64,000 bases of DNA from Nannocystales bacterium (GCA_050633305.1 JBOEGF010000016.1:70057-134056); one strand, 5' to 3'; numbered from the stretch's first letter, positions 7,968-18,281 are shown. Notes: generated by a model not told the origin, from the sequence alone. Made by a program: numbers and translations.

Positions 7968-9836
7968 CTATCGATCGGCCAGCAGCTTGAGTTGGTCGAT
8001 GAAGCCTTGCGACACGTTGAGGGAGCCGGAGACGACGCCGGGCGCGGGGTGACGAAACACGAAGCTCACGTCGTCGATACCCACCCCGAGCGGTGAGGGA
8101 ATCTCGGCAGCGTCGCTTGGAGGCAAGATCGGGCGAAGCCATTCGACCGCGCCCGCGATGTCGAACGCGTACAGCCCCACAAGCCCAGAGCGGCCCGAGT
8201 CGAGGCCCTTCCAACCCTTGCGATCTTTGACCGTCTTGCCGTCGCGCGTCGCCTTGATCGCTGCCTGCATGTACGAGTCGCCTTCGGTTGGAGAGGCGAC
8301 GAAGATGACCCGGTCATCGATCTCGGCGCGGTCGATCTGCATCGTGAGGTCGGGCCACAGCTTCAGGAGGCGCTCAGCGTCCTCATCGGCCGAAGCCTCC
8401 TTGAGGACCTCCGCTGTCGGGCTGATCGACCAACGGTCGATCTCGATGCCCTCGATCGTCGTTGCGCCGGCTTCGAACTTCCATTGGACTCCGTCTTGCG
8501 CCTTCTTGGGTAGGACGGCCTCCGTGGTGAAGCGCTCACTCCATGCTTTCCACAGGTCGCGGCCGGGCGCGGCCTTGCCAACCTCGAGCACCAGTGCGCC
8601 CAGCGTCCCGGGCTCGTAGAGCATTCCCATGGCGACGTCGCGCGAGTAGAGTTCGGACTCTTCTTTGATGAAGGCCTCGAGCTCGGTCTCGAGCTTGCTC
8701 GCATCGACGTCGAACTCCTTGGCGATCTCGGTGGAGGCAAGCTCGATCGCTTTTGTCCAGTTGCCGTTCTCGAGCAACCCAGACCCCATCTGCATGCCGG
8801 CAAAGACGAAAGCCGACATCGGAAGCGCGGAGACGAAGTCCTCGTTCATTCGACCGGCATAGGTGGTGTCGAACTCCTTCTGCAGATCCGAGCCCGGCTT
8901 GGCGTGGGTGGCCATCGACAAGTGTGCACCGGCGGGTGTCATCCCCAAGCCGATGGAGAACTGGCCCATGTCGGCGACGCGCTTCTTGAGGTCTGCGGGC
9001 GAGGTCGCCCCGGGGGAGCTGTCGAGTTTGCCGAGGCCTGCCATGAGGTCCTCGACTTCCTTGCCGTAACGCGTCATGGCGTCGGACGGGTAGATGACAA
9101 CTTCGAAGTCGGCGATCGCCTTGTCGGCACGGCCGACGATGTTCGCTTCGAGGTAGCCCTTCGCGCTCGCGAGCACGTCCGGGTGGTTCGAGAGCGCAAC
9201 CTCGTCTCCGAGTGCGTCGATGTAGACCTTCTGGCCTTCGACCTCATAGGCGGCGACGTGCCCCTTGGCATCGTCGAGCTTGCTCGTCTCGCCCAGGTCT
9301 TTGACCAAGCCTTCGGCCCCGCCCGTGTAGCCGATGACACACGCGACAGGTGTGTCGTCGACGGTGCTGTTGACGAGAGCACAACCGAAGGGCTTGGTGA
9401 GGTCCACGTTGATCGCGACGGTCGACCGCTCGCCGAGCTGCATCGCGGCGAGGGACTTGAGCCCTTCGAGGTCGACCATGCTTTCGACGGAGGGCGGGGA
9501 CGCCTGCGCCTTGATCTCCTTCACGGAGGCGACCGCGTTGCCCATCATGAAGTGTCCGAGGATTCCTTCGTGCTCGAGCAAGGGTGCGGCGGCAGCGGCG
9601 GCGGTTGCAGCTTGGATCGTGGCTGCAGTCGTCACACCGAGGCCGGTCACGGGCTTGTCACCTTCCGGTGTTGGGGCGGCTTCGGGCTTGTCACCTTCCG
9701 CTTGCTTGCCGTCATCACCCGCGGCTTCGGCCGCTTTGGTGTCGCCTTCGGCGGGTGCGGGATCTTCTTTCTTGCAGCCACCCGGAACGACGAGGGGGAG
9801 GGCACACAGGGCGATCAGTCGAGGGCGGCAGAGCAT
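7968..9836 (-). CDS. Large hypothetical lipoprotein (622 aa)
   Basis: Signal peptide with lipobox VPGGC-KKED, Ala/Pro/Glu linker, long globular region, typical codon bias. Confidence 0.8.
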   Translation of the reverse strand: MLCRPRLIALCALPLVVPGGCKKEDPAPAEGDTKAAEAAGDDGKQAEGDKPEAAPTPEGDKPVTGLGVTTAATIQAATAAAAAAPLLEHEGILGHFMMGNAVASVKEIKAQASPPSVESMVDLEGLKSLAAMQLGERSTVAINVDLTKPFGCALVNSTVDDTPVACVIGYTGGAEGLVKDLGETSKLDDAKGHVAAYEVEGQKVYIDALGDEVALSNHPDVLASAKGYLEANIVGRADKAIADFEVVIYPSDAMTRYGKEVEDLMAGLGKLDSSPGATSPADLKKRVADMGQFSIGLGMTPAGAHLSMATHAKPGSDLQKEFDTTYAGRMNEDFVSALPMSAFVFAGMQMGSGLLENGNWTKAIELASTEIAKEFDVDASKLETELEAFIKEESELYSRDVAMGMLYEPGTLGALVLEVGKAAPGRDLWKAWSERFTTEAVLPKKAQDGVQWKFEAGATTIEGIEIDRWSISPTAEVLKEASADEDAERLLKLWPDLTMQIDRAEIDDRVIFVASPTEGDSYMQAAIKATRDGKTVKDRKGWKGLDSGRSGLVGLYAFDIAGAVEWLRPILPPSDAAEIPSPLGVGIDDVSFVFRHPAPGVVSGSLNVSQGFIDQLKLLADR

Positions 9837-10041
9837 GCGGAGCGCAGAGTACCGACGAACGCTCCGCGAAAGTCCGGCCCCGAGAAGGCGTCGAGCGGCG
9901 GAGACAACCGGCCAGCGAGATGCGCGCTTCGCGAGCCAGTGCGGTTCGGGGCGTTGACCTTCTTACGGGGTCTGAGACCCCGCGGAGGACGTCTTCGCAC
10001 GCTTTTTTGGCCTCGTCCGACCTCGTAGTACATCTGCCTAC

Positions 10042-10374
10042 ATGCCCGTGATCGATCGTCGTGGTCCCTCTCGCCAGCGTGGCTGGTTTGCTGTTCGTGT
10101 CGCCAACAAGGGCGACGACGCCACGACGGTGGCCCAGAACGTGAGCGAGAGCGGCGTGCTCCTGGTGTCGCGCGATGCGATGTCCGTCGGAGACACGGTG
10201 ATGTTGAGCATGCACGTCGACCCCGCCAACGAGCCCCCATGGATGCTCGGCGGACGGGTCGTGCGAACCTTGGAGAACAAGGCCGACCCCGGGGGACTGT
10301 GGCCGCACAAGGTTGCGATCGCCTTCGATGCGCCCGTGCCCGCGCTTGTTCAGTCGGTCCTCGCCGCGTCCTGA
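10042..10374 (+). CDS. Stand-alone PilZ-domain protein (c-di-GMP receptor candidate)
   Basis: RxxxR (RGPSR) and NxSxxG (NVSESG) motifs; GRVVR...VAIAF. Confidence 0.85.
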   Translation: MPVIDRRGPSRQRGWFAVRVANKGDDATTVAQNVSESGVLLVSRDAMSVGDTVMLSMHVDPANEPPWMLGGRVVRTLENKADPGGLWPHKVAIAFDAPVPALVQSVLAAS

Positions 10375-10430
10375 ACAACTCTGCCGGACTCATCGTTCCG
10401 GCGACGACGGACCTACGGTAGGGTTGTGGC

Positions 10431-10928
10431 ATGCGCTGGCCCATTCCGTTGCTCGTCTCGTGTCTCGTCGGCTTACCTGCTTGCGAACTCCTGACAAGGA
10501 AGATCGACCCGGACCTCGCCGGCGGCTTGGTGGAATCGCTCCTCACCAGCGAAGGATTGACGGTCAGCTCGGTCGACTGCCCAGACGGAGTGAAGGCCGA
10601 GAAGGACACGACCTTCGAGTGCACCGCGACGGTCGACGGAACCGATGTGCACTTCGACATGAAGGTCATCGATGACAAGGGCACTGTCGTTGCAACGCCT
10701 CGCGACCACACCCTGGTCGTGAAGAAGGTCGAGCCTGAGATCGCTGCGGACTTGAAGGCCAAGGGCCACGAGGTCTCGAAGATCGACTGCCACGGGGATG
10801 TGTGGGTCGCCGTGAAGGGCGCGAAGGTGTCCTGCGATGTGTTTGACGAGGCCGACGTCGAGTACCTCTGGAGCGCCGAGTTCACGGACGACGACGGCAC
10901 GCATAGCCACTCGATCGCGCCGAAGTAG
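10431..10928 (+). CDS. Lipoprotein with two tandem DUF4333-like repeats
   Basis: Lipobox LPAC; repeats SVDCPDGVKAEKDTTFECTATVDG and KIDCHGDVWVAVKGAKVSCDV. Confidence 0.8.
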   Translation: MRWPIPLLVSCLVGLPACELLTRKIDPDLAGGLVESLLTSEGLTVSSVDCPDGVKAEKDTTFECTATVDGTDVHFDMKVIDDKGTVVATPRDHTLVVKKVEPEIAADLKAKGHEVSKIDCHGDVWVAVKGAKVSCDVFDEADVEYLWSAEFTDDDGTHSHSIAPK

Positions 10929-10980
10929 CTCTGCCGGGCCCACGACGCGAGCACGTTGAGCAACCGTCTGAGCGGAGCCG

Positions 10981-11832
10981 CTACTCTTGCGGTTGCATGA
11001 TGGCGGCGAACGAAGCGAACGCGTCCGTCGCGTCGCTGTTGGGGTCGATCAGAGCGCAGGCTCCTGCGGGTTGCATGCAGTAGTTGACCTCGATGCCGAG
11101 GACCCACGGTCGGTCGGTGAGCGCGGGGTCCAGCATCTCGTTGCTGGCAGAGATCGACTGGACGAGGGTGCCAGCCCCACCGTTGTCCTCGAGTTCTGCG
11201 CCAAGCATGACCGTGGCCGGGTCGAAGCCGCCGGGCGAGAGCGAGAAGGCGAAAGAGAAGCTGCAGTCGTCCGCAGGGCAGAGCTGAGCGGGGCGGACCC
11301 GTAACGTGGGGCTGGCGTCGAGGGCGACCGCACCGCTCGGATCGAAGGACTGCGTCAGGACCGGCGCGGGATCAGCCTCGACCGTGTACCCGGCGAGCGA
11401 ACTCTCCTGAACGGCGCAGAACGGAACTTGCAGCGTCTGCCCGTCTCGCTCCACATCCACAATCTGGGCCCATCCGCCAACGCGGTCCTCTCCAATGGTT
11501 CCCTCGAACGAGCAGTCGGCGGCAACGCTGAGACCGGTGGGCAGCTGACCATCCGCGGGCTCGGTTCGCGGGGTGCACGTGACAGGGCCGCAGTCCTCGA
11601 TGAAGTTGGTGATCTGGTGCTGGCCAAAACGAACGCAGGGCTCGTCACCAAGCTCGACCGTGAACGTCTCGCAAAGGTCTGGTCCGCTCGAGCTCGTGTC
11701 CGCGCTGGTGGTGCTGGAGCTCGCGTCCGTGGTCGAACCAGAGGTTCCATCGGTGTCGCCCGACGGGTCCGAGGAGCAGCCGACGTGGACAAGTGCGAGA
11801 GCGGCACAGAGACGGAGCGACAGGCGGCGCAT
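10981..11832 (-). CDS. Lipoprotein with Ser/Thr linker and putative Ig-like domain
   Basis: MRRLSLRLCAALALVHVGC-SSD lipobox; GQLPTGLSV...EGT resembles He_PIG Ig domains. Confidence 0.7.
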   Translation of the reverse strand: MRRLSLRLCAALALVHVGCSSDPSGDTDGTSGSTTDASSSTTSADTSSSGPDLCETFTVELGDEPCVRFGQHQITNFIEDCGPVTCTPRTEPADGQLPTGLSVAADCSFEGTIGEDRVGGWAQIVDVERDGQTLQVPFCAVQESSLAGYTVEADPAPVLTQSFDPSGAVALDASPTLRVRPAQLCPADDCSFSFAFSLSPGGFDPATVMLGAELEDNGGAGTLVQSISASNEMLDPALTDRPWVLGIEVNYCMQPAGACALIDPNSDATDAFASFAAIMQPQE

Positions 11833-11854
11833 GACGGGGGAACGATGGCAGATC

Positions 11855-14041
11855 TCAGAGCCGTCGTCGTCCCCTGAACAGGCCGAACAACACGACGAGC
11901 CAACCACCGCCGAGCCCCCGTCCCGAGTCGCCGCTGTGCGTGTCGCAGCTACAGCCATCGAGCGTGGCTGTGTCGACGCCGGACTCCCCGGTCGAGCCCC
12001 CTGGGCCACCACTCGTTGAGGGATCGGTCCCGCTGGTGGTGCCCGTGTCGGGGGGAGACGAGGTGCCTCCGACGGTGTTTCCCCCCGAGCTGTCCGCAAC
12101 GCCTCCTGTGGTGACAGAAGCGCCGGTGGTCCCCGTCGAGCTCGACCCTGAGGGAGCGTCGGTTGTGCTGGTATCTCCGGTGTCGCCTCCAGACTCACCC
12201 GACGTTGAGCCGCCGGTTTCGGAGGGGGCGCCGAGGCAGCTGGCGGGCTCGCAACAAGTGTCGAAGTCGAGCGTCCCTGAGATCTGTTCCAGTGCGTCTC
12301 GGAGCGCGCTCTCGTCTGCCGCGATCAACGGGCCGATCGAGCCACCGGTACACGGGATGCCAGTTCCGCCGGACCCCCAGCAGGCCATGTTGGCGAGCTC
12401 CGCCGAGGCGAGCTCCCCGCCGAACCCGACGACGAACGTGGTGGTGTTGTCGTTGCCATACATGTCCTGCAGCTCGGCGGACACTTGTTCGTCGGTGGAC
12501 CAGCCTTCGTCCCCGTATGACCCATCGGTGATCAGGATGTTGACGAAGACCGTGGACGCCGAGACTGACGTCGTGGGCGGGGGATCGAGTCGATACTGAT
12601 CAGCATTGGCGTTGGCCAGCGCCAACCCGGTGTGGGTCGCGGTTGCCGAGCCCGTGCAGGGACCGGGGCCCAACCCCACTCCCACGACGCACTCCGGCAT
12701 CGCGCTGAACGTATCTTGATCGAAGCCCGGGTAGCCCGCCGAGTCTGGTCCTTGGGGCGACCAGATGATCGGGGGTCCGCTCCATGCATCGCCGCACCCC
12801 GCCCCACACGATGTGTTTGGGTCGAGCGCCCAATCGACGTTCGCCCTCGTACAGGGCCCGTAGTTGGTCAACAACTGCTGCTGGCCCTCACTTCCAAACG
12901 TCATCACGCCGATGTGGGCGAGGTCTGCAAGCGAGGCACCGTCCAACCCGGTCGGTTGGATCCCAAAGAAGGACGGGGCGTCCACGAGCACGCGCCTTGC
13001 GATGTCCCAGCCCGTCGTTCCCATCGCCCCGGGTTGGGTAACCCCAGGCTGCAGGGGGTCCTCGACGTTGAGCATCGAACTCGAGGCGTCGAGGATGACC
13101 ATGATGCGCGGCGCCTGTTCGAGGCACGGGGTTCCGATCTGGGAGTCGGTGACGTCGTCCGCTAGGCTGATGAGCCCCGCTTCCAGCTCCTCGTCATCGG
13201 CGGGCCCGAGGGCGAGTACGGTTCCACCAGCGTTGGCCGTGTCATCCGCGAACGGGGCTCCCAGCGCGTCACCAAAGGCGATGACGTAGGTCGGCACGTT
13301 GTCCGACGCAAAGAGTTCCCCGGCGACAGGGACTGGGTCGTGCAGCTCATCCTCCGGTGGTAGCCCCGTCGGTGTTGTCCACGGGCCGTCCGTCATCAGG
13401 ATGATGAAGTAGTCCCGCTCGTCTCCCGGCGTCGTGTCTTGGGGATGGTCGGCGCGCGTCTGCGCGATATAGCCGCGGGCTGCTTCGAGTGCCCCGGTGG
13501 TCCAGCTCTCAATGCCTGCGCACGAGGGGCCGACACACAGCGGGGGCCCGGCTGCGGTCAACGCGTTGACGACCTGAGCCCCCGAACACTCGAAGTATCC
13601 GGAGGGGTCGCCGACCGGATCGTACCAGCCAACGTCGATAGCGTGCCCATCGATGAGCCCAGAGGACTCCACTTGTCCGCCTTCCACGATGATGGTGCCT
13701 TCGGTGTCTAGGTCGGGATCATGCCCGTAGCGTAGGAGTCCGAGGTGCATCTGTTCATCGAAGAATCCGTTGTCAGCCAGCACCAGGCCCTCGATCGCTT
13801 GCACCGTTGCCTCCCACCGGGTTTGGGTCGCCGTGAGGTCCTCGTTCATCGACGACGAGTAGTCGACCACGAGCAAGAGGTTGGGCTTCTTGAGTCCACA
13901 CGACTCCTCCTCCGAGAGGCAACCGCCTCCCGCGCGGGCGGGCGCCTGGGCTCCCCCGGCAGCCGCGAAACCAACTCCCACCAGCAGTCCGCACTGCACG
14001 CTCATGTGGAGCCAAGACCCAAACTTTGTCGGTTGCTTCAT
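11855..14041 (-). CDS. Double vWA-domain surface protein with MYXO-CTERM-type sorting signal
   Basis: Two MIDAS motifs (VVDYSSSM...MTDG and ILDASSSM...ITDG); S/T/G linker; C-terminal GCSC...TM...RGRRRL. Confidence 0.9.
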   Translation of the reverse strand: MKQPTKFGSWLHMSVQCGLLVGVGFAAAGGAQAPARAGGGCLSEEESCGLKKPNLLLVVDYSSSMNEDLTATQTRWEATVQAIEGLVLADNGFFDEQMHLGLLRYGHDPDLDTEGTIIVEGGQVESSGLIDGHAIDVGWYDPVGDPSGYFECSGAQVVNALTAAGPPLCVGPSCAGIESWTTGALEAARGYIAQTRADHPQDTTPGDERDYFIILMTDGPWTTPTGLPPEDELHDPVPVAGELFASDNVPTYVIAFGDALGAPFADDTANAGGTVLALGPADDEELEAGLISLADDVTDSQIGTPCLEQAPRIMVILDASSSMLNVEDPLQPGVTQPGAMGTTGWDIARRVLVDAPSFFGIQPTGLDGASLADLAHIGVMTFGSEGQQQLLTNYGPCTRANVDWALDPNTSCGAGCGDAWSGPPIIWSPQGPDSAGYPGFDQDTFSAMPECVVGVGLGPGPCTGSATATHTGLALANANADQYRLDPPPTTSVSASTVFVNILITDGSYGDEGWSTDEQVSAELQDMYGNDNTTTFVVGFGGELASAELANMACWGSGGTGIPCTGGSIGPLIAADESALRDALEQISGTLDFDTCCEPASCLGAPSETGGSTSGESGGDTGDTSTTDAPSGSSSTGTTGASVTTGGVADSSGGNTVGGTSSPPDTGTTSGTDPSTSGGPGGSTGESGVDTATLDGCSCDTHSGDSGRGLGGGWLVVLFGLFRGRRRL

Positions 14042-14230
14042 TCGGATATGCGCTCCTCAACGATCGGGGCATCACCCAGGCGTGGGTTGCCAGCCCCATG
14101 GTCACCGAGGGCGAGCCGCTGGGTCTACGACCGAGTCCTGAGACAGCGATCGGATTCGTTTTGTTAGTTTAAGTTGTTTTAAATGTTGGCTTTGCTATCT
14201 TGAGGTTGCTGCAGGCGCCGCAGGGTTCAG

Positions 14231-15190
14231 ATGACGAATAAGGCAAGTATTTTCAAGGTCCTGGCAGTTCTCTCTCTGGCTACGTCCGCCTGTGATGCGA
14301 AAGACGGAGAGTCGGCAGCTCAGATCGCTGGGACGTCGGGTACGGAGCCCACCACGGCCGGTCCCGTGGCCGATACGGAGGACCCTCCATCGACCTCCCC
14401 TGTGGACGATGACGGGGGCGAGGAGAGCTCCACCACCGACGCGCCTTCGGAAACCGAAGGCGACACCGAGCCTGGGTGCGCGTTCTTGGGATGCGGCGAG
14501 ACGGACGACAACCGAGAGGTCTTCGGCTGTGACCTCTGGGGGCAGGACTGTCCGTCGGGCGAGAAATGCATGCCGTGGGCGAATGATGGCGGCCCGTCGT
14601 GGAACGGGTCCCGATGTTCGCCTGTTGACGCCAGCCCGGGGCAGCCCGGAGACCCATGCATGGTCGAGGGTAGTGGCGTCAGTGGTGTCGACTCCTGCGA
14701 CGTCGGGTCGATGTGCTGGAATGTCGATGAGGAGAACGCGGGTACATGTGTCTCGCTGTGCCAGGGCTCGCCGGAGAACACGCTGTGTGACAACCCGGCC
14801 GACGTTTGCATCGTCGCCAACGACGGGGCGCTACCCTTGTGCCTGCCGCAGTGTGACCCGTTGTTGGGGTGCGCGGACGGTGAGGGGTGTTACCCCGGAG
14901 CCGGTGGCTTCGTCTGCATTCCGGATGCTTCGGGACCGGACCTCGGTGCGTACGGTGACGCGTGCGAGTACGTGAACGCCTGCGACCCGGGCTTGTTCTG
15001 TGGAGCGTCGACCATCGTCCCTGGATGCGAGGGCAGTGGCTGTTGCACGGACTTCTGTGACCTGGACGACCCCGAACCTTCCGCGGGCTGCGGCGGCCTC
15101 GCCGGAGGCCAAGAATGCATCTCGGCCTTCGATGAAGGGCAGGCGCAACCAGGGCTCGAAGACGTCGGAGTGTGCGCAATCCCGGAGTAG
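14231..15190 (+). CDS. Cys-rich myxobacterial lipoprotein
   Basis: Lipobox TSAC; CDLWGQDCPSGEKCMPWANDGG... with about 30 Cys; this family type is abundant in Nannocystaceae-like genomes. Confidence 0.85.
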   Translation: MTNKASIFKVLAVLSLATSACDAKDGESAAQIAGTSGTEPTTAGPVADTEDPPSTSPVDDDGGEESSTTDAPSETEGDTEPGCAFLGCGETDDNREVFGCDLWGQDCPSGEKCMPWANDGGPSWNGSRCSPVDASPGQPGDPCMVEGSGVSGVDSCDVGSMCWNVDEENAGTCVSLCQGSPENTLCDNPADVCIVANDGALPLCLPQCDPLLGCADGEGCYPGAGGFVCIPDASGPDLGAYGDACEYVNACDPGLFCGASTIVPGCEGSGCCTDFCDLDDPEPSAGCGGLAGGQECISAFDEGQAQPGLEDVGVCAIPE

Positions 15191-15249
15191 GGTTCTCTTC
15201 CCAGGCTTGCGAGCCTTGGGGCGCCGGAGGAGCTATCGTCTCGGCGCTC

Positions 15250-15930
15250 ATGAAGGCGAAGCACAGGGTTGTGATGGTCGGGTCGACAGGTGCCGTGGGC
15301 GGACACGTCGCGATGGCCCTGGCGGACTCCGAGGATGTGGAGCGGTTGACCCTGCTGGGTCGACGCCCCACCGAGGGACTCCCGGGCACCTGCGTCGAGC
15401 AACACACGGTCGATGTGCTGGATCCCTCGACCTACCGAGAGCTCGTCTCGGAACATGACGTCGCGATCTGCACGCTCGGGGTCGGGGAGCCTTCGAAGAT
15501 GAGCAAGGAGGACTTCGTGCGCATCGACAAAGACGCCGTTCTCGCGTTTGCCACCACGTGCCGCGAGGCGGGAGTGCAGCACTTCGAGCTGCTGTCCTCG
15601 GTGGGGGTCGGCTCGCAGGCGAGCTCGTTCTACCTGCGGACCAAGGGCCAACTCGAAGACGGCCTTCGGGCGTTGGGGTTTTCGCGGCTCAGCCTGTTTC
15701 ATCCCTCGATGATCCTCACCCCGAGCAACCGCTACGGGGTGAGTCAGGCAGTCACGTTGGCGGTGTGGCCGAAGCTGAAGCCCCTGCTTCTGGGTCCGCT
15801 GCGAAAACTCCGGGGCGTCCGAGTGGAGGACCTCGGCCGAGCGATCGCGCTGAATGTGTTCACGCGGGGGCAGGGCGAGGAAGTCCTCGAGTGGGATGAC
15901 TTCTCCGCCCTGGTCACGGGCGGCGCTTAG
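15250..15930 (+). CDS. NAD(P)-binding Rossmann protein (TIP30/YraR-like atypical SDR)
   Basis: GSTGAVG; CTLG; FVRIDKD; FYLRTKGQLE; FHPSMI. Confidence 0.9.
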   Translation: MKAKHRVVMVGSTGAVGGHVAMALADSEDVERLTLLGRRPTEGLPGTCVEQHTVDVLDPSTYRELVSEHDVAICTLGVGEPSKMSKEDFVRIDKDAVLAFATTCREAGVQHFELLSSVGVGSQASSFYLRTKGQLEDGLRALGFSRLSLFHPSMILTPSNRYGVSQAVTLAVWPKLKPLLLGPLRKLRGVRVEDLGRAIALNVFTRGQGEEVLEWDDFSALVTGGA

Positions 15931-16904
15931 GCGTCCGCCAACAGCGACTCGCTGAGGGTCCACAGTCTCTCGGCCTGCGCGTCGTCGCATGCGTGATCGT
16001 TGACGCCGGCGAACCGACCCGTCGGGGAGTCTGGGTCGGTCGGGCTGGCCACGTCGCAGTCCTCGCAGTACACGCCCGCCTTGCCCGCCAGCGTCTCCGA
16101 CGTCGCGGCCCACAGTGTCGTGGAGCAGCCTTGCTCGGGTGTCTTGAAGCTGGATTTGGCGGTCTCCGACGGCTCGCCATTCTCTTCGATCCAACCCAGC
16201 GCGACCATCTCCTCCTTGGGCAGGTGACGCTGCAGCGGGGTGAAGATGCCGCCGGGGTGCACGGAGAACGCGAGGCCTCCGGTGTCGGAGAGACGCCGAG
16301 CGAGGGCGTTGGCAAACAGTGCGTTGGCGGTCTTGGCCTGCCCGTATGCCTTCCACTTGTTGTACTTCGTATCGGCGAACTGGATGTCGTCCCAACGAAT
16401 GCCGCTGATCTTGTGCCCGGTCGACGAGAGCGCCACAACCCGGGTGCCCGCGGTCTTCTGCAACAGGGGCATCAGCGCCTGCGTCAGCGCGAAGTGACCG
16501 ACGTGGTTCACGCCGAACTGCGCTTCCCAGCCCGGACCGACGCGCGTCTCGGGGCAGGCCATGATGCCGGCGTTGTTGATCAACATGTCCAGCCCCTCGA
16601 GCTGTCCGAGCATGGCCTCGGCAAAGCTGCGGACCGAGGCGAGGTCGGCGAGGTCGAGGGCGTGGGTCTTCACGTCTCCGTCGACGCCTGCCAGGCTCTC
16701 CTTGGCTTTGTCCGGCGAGCGCACGGGGACGATCACTCGGACACCCTTGGCCGCCAGCGCGCGCGTCGTCTCGAGACCGATACCGCTGTAGCCGCCCGTG
16801 ACGATCGCGGTCTTTCCGGAGAGCTCGACCTCTGCGATGACGTCGGCACCGTCGGTCTTGGAGGAGAAGCCGGAGTTGGTGGGGACTTGGTCCGTGCGCG
16901 ACAT
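15927..16904 (-). CDS. Short-chain dehydrogenase/oxidoreductase (retinol-DH/WWOX-like)
   Basis: TGGYSGIG, INNAGIMA, YGQAK catalytic motif, VHPGGI. Confidence 0.95.
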   Translation of the reverse strand: MSRTDQVPTNSGFSSKTDGADVIAEVELSGKTAIVTGGYSGIGLETTRALAAKGVRVIVPVRSPDKAKESLAGVDGDVKTHALDLADLASVRSFAEAMLGQLEGLDMLINNAGIMACPETRVGPGWEAQFGVNHVGHFALTQALMPLLQKTAGTRVVALSSTGHKISGIRWDDIQFADTKYNKWKAYGQAKTANALFANALARRLSDTGGLAFSVHPGGIFTPLQRHLPKEEMVALGWIEENGEPSETAKSSFKTPEQGCSTTLWAATSETLAGKAGVYCEDCDVASPTDPDSPTGRFAGVNDHACDDAQAERLWTLSESLLADA

Positions 16905-16981
16905 GGAGCGCGTAGCCTGCCACGAGACGCAGGAAATCTGACGGAGAGTTGGGTCCCAGTGGTTGGGACGCCCGAACGCGC

Positions 16982-17800
16982 CTATCGATTCGCCGAATTG
17001 CCGGTCTCATGGTCGCCCATGACCCGGAACAGCAATTCGTGGAGTCGAGCACTGGACCCTCCCTCGAGGTCGGCGCTGGAGACCACGTTGAGACGATGCC
17101 GGTACCGTTCCTCATCGCCATCGCCCTCGGTCCCCAGCTGCGGCACTTCGGGCCCGCGCTGCTCGACCGGAAAGGTGCCCCGCAGCCCCGAGCACTGGTA
17201 ACAGATGCCCTGCTTGGCGACGATGGCACACAGTCCATCAAACGAACGCTGCATGTGCTTGCGCGCGTCGGACAGCCGGTGACGCAAGACGGATTGGCTG
17301 ACGCCCGCATGCGTGGCCGCCTCCGCGTTGGACAGGCCGAGCACGTCTCGGAGCACCAACGCGACTTGTTGCTCGGGCTCCAGCGAGCGCCCCACACACG
17401 TGAAGCAGAAGGCGATGTGTTGGTGCGCGTCGAAGACGAAGCTTGGGTCGAACGCCGGGGAAGCCGGGTCGCGGTGCACGGCTTCTTGCGCAGCAACCGG
17501 GAGGTCCCGCTGTGCATCCCATCTCCAGCGTTTTCTCGCCCGCAACGCGTTGAGGCATTGCCTTGTCGTGATCGAGTATAGCCACGTCCCGAACTGCGCG
17601 TCCTCCCGAAACCCATCGAGCCCGTTCGAGGCTCGGAGCAGTGACTCCTGCACCACCTCCTGCGCGTCGTCGGGGTTGCCGAGCATCCGTGCCGCGAGCT
17701 TGTGCAGCCGCTGAAGGTGCGGCTGGACCAGGTGCCGAAACGCTTGTTCGTCTCCCTGTCGGGCCCGCGCCAACCACTGGGAACTGCCAGGCTCGTCCAT
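16982..17800 (-). CDS. ECF sigma-70 factor with Cys-containing linker and C-terminal extension
   Basis: Region 2 (DAQEVVQE...FGTWLYSI) and region 4 (ALVLRDVLGLSNAEAA...RLSDAR); CFTC in the linker; LCAIVAKQGICYQC tail. Confidence 0.9.
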   Translation of the reverse strand: MDEPGSSQWLARARQGDEQAFRHLVQPHLQRLHKLAARMLGNPDDAQEVVQESLLRASNGLDGFREDAQFGTWLYSITTRQCLNALRARKRWRWDAQRDLPVAAQEAVHRDPASPAFDPSFVFDAHQHIAFCFTCVGRSLEPEQQVALVLRDVLGLSNAEAATHAGVSQSVLRHRLSDARKHMQRSFDGLCAIVAKQGICYQCSGLRGTFPVEQRGPEVPQLGTEGDGDEERYRHRLNVVSSADLEGGSSARLHELLFRVMGDHETGNSANR

Positions 17801-17906
17801 CGATCAGGATCTGTTGTAGCCCACGAGACCCACGATGGCCACGATGAGAACCCGCAAGGTTTCAACACTTTGGCAGGTTGACGAGCGGTCGGTGTCCAAC
17901 TCGGTG

Positions 17907-18281
17907 ATGCACAAGATCATCGTTGGAGTGTTCAATCCTGGCGAGACTCCCGCCGACAACGGTCGCACCATTCACGCACTCAAGCTGACCCAGCGCCTCC
18001 ACGCCGAGAGCGCCGACGTGGAGTTGTTGTTCGAGGGGCAGGGGGTTCAGTGGTTGCCCCGACTCACGCACCGTACGGAGGACAGCCACCCGTTCGACAG
18101 GCACTACGGCTCGGTGTTCGACGAGGTGCGGAGCCTCGCGAGGGCCTGCAACATGTGCTGCATTCGCTTCGACGTCCTGGACGCCGTTCGTGAAGCCAAG
18201 ATCCCGATTCTCGGCACGGGGCGAGAACACGTCGACATCGCTCGGTACGTCCTGGACGGCTACCAGATCATCAACCACTGA
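17907..18281 (+). CDS. DsrE/DsrF-like family protein
   Basis: VELLFEGQGV...ACNMCC...GYQII pattern typical of DsrE-like proteins. Confidence 0.75.
   Translation: MHKIIVGVFNPGETPADNGRTIHALKLTQRLHAESADVELLFEGQGVQWLPRLTHRTEDSHPFDRHYGSVFDEVRSLARACNMCCIRFDVLDAVREAKIPILGTGREHVDIARYVLDGYQIINH

Noticed and set aside
14890..17868. 992-aa minus-strand ORF and other long alternative-frame ORFs (e.g. 24173-25813, 51704-53143, 3439-4854, 27740-29005)
   Set aside because: They overlap well-supported genes in other frames or strands, are Arg/Pro/Gly-rich with no motifs, and are typical shadow ORFs of high-GC DNA.
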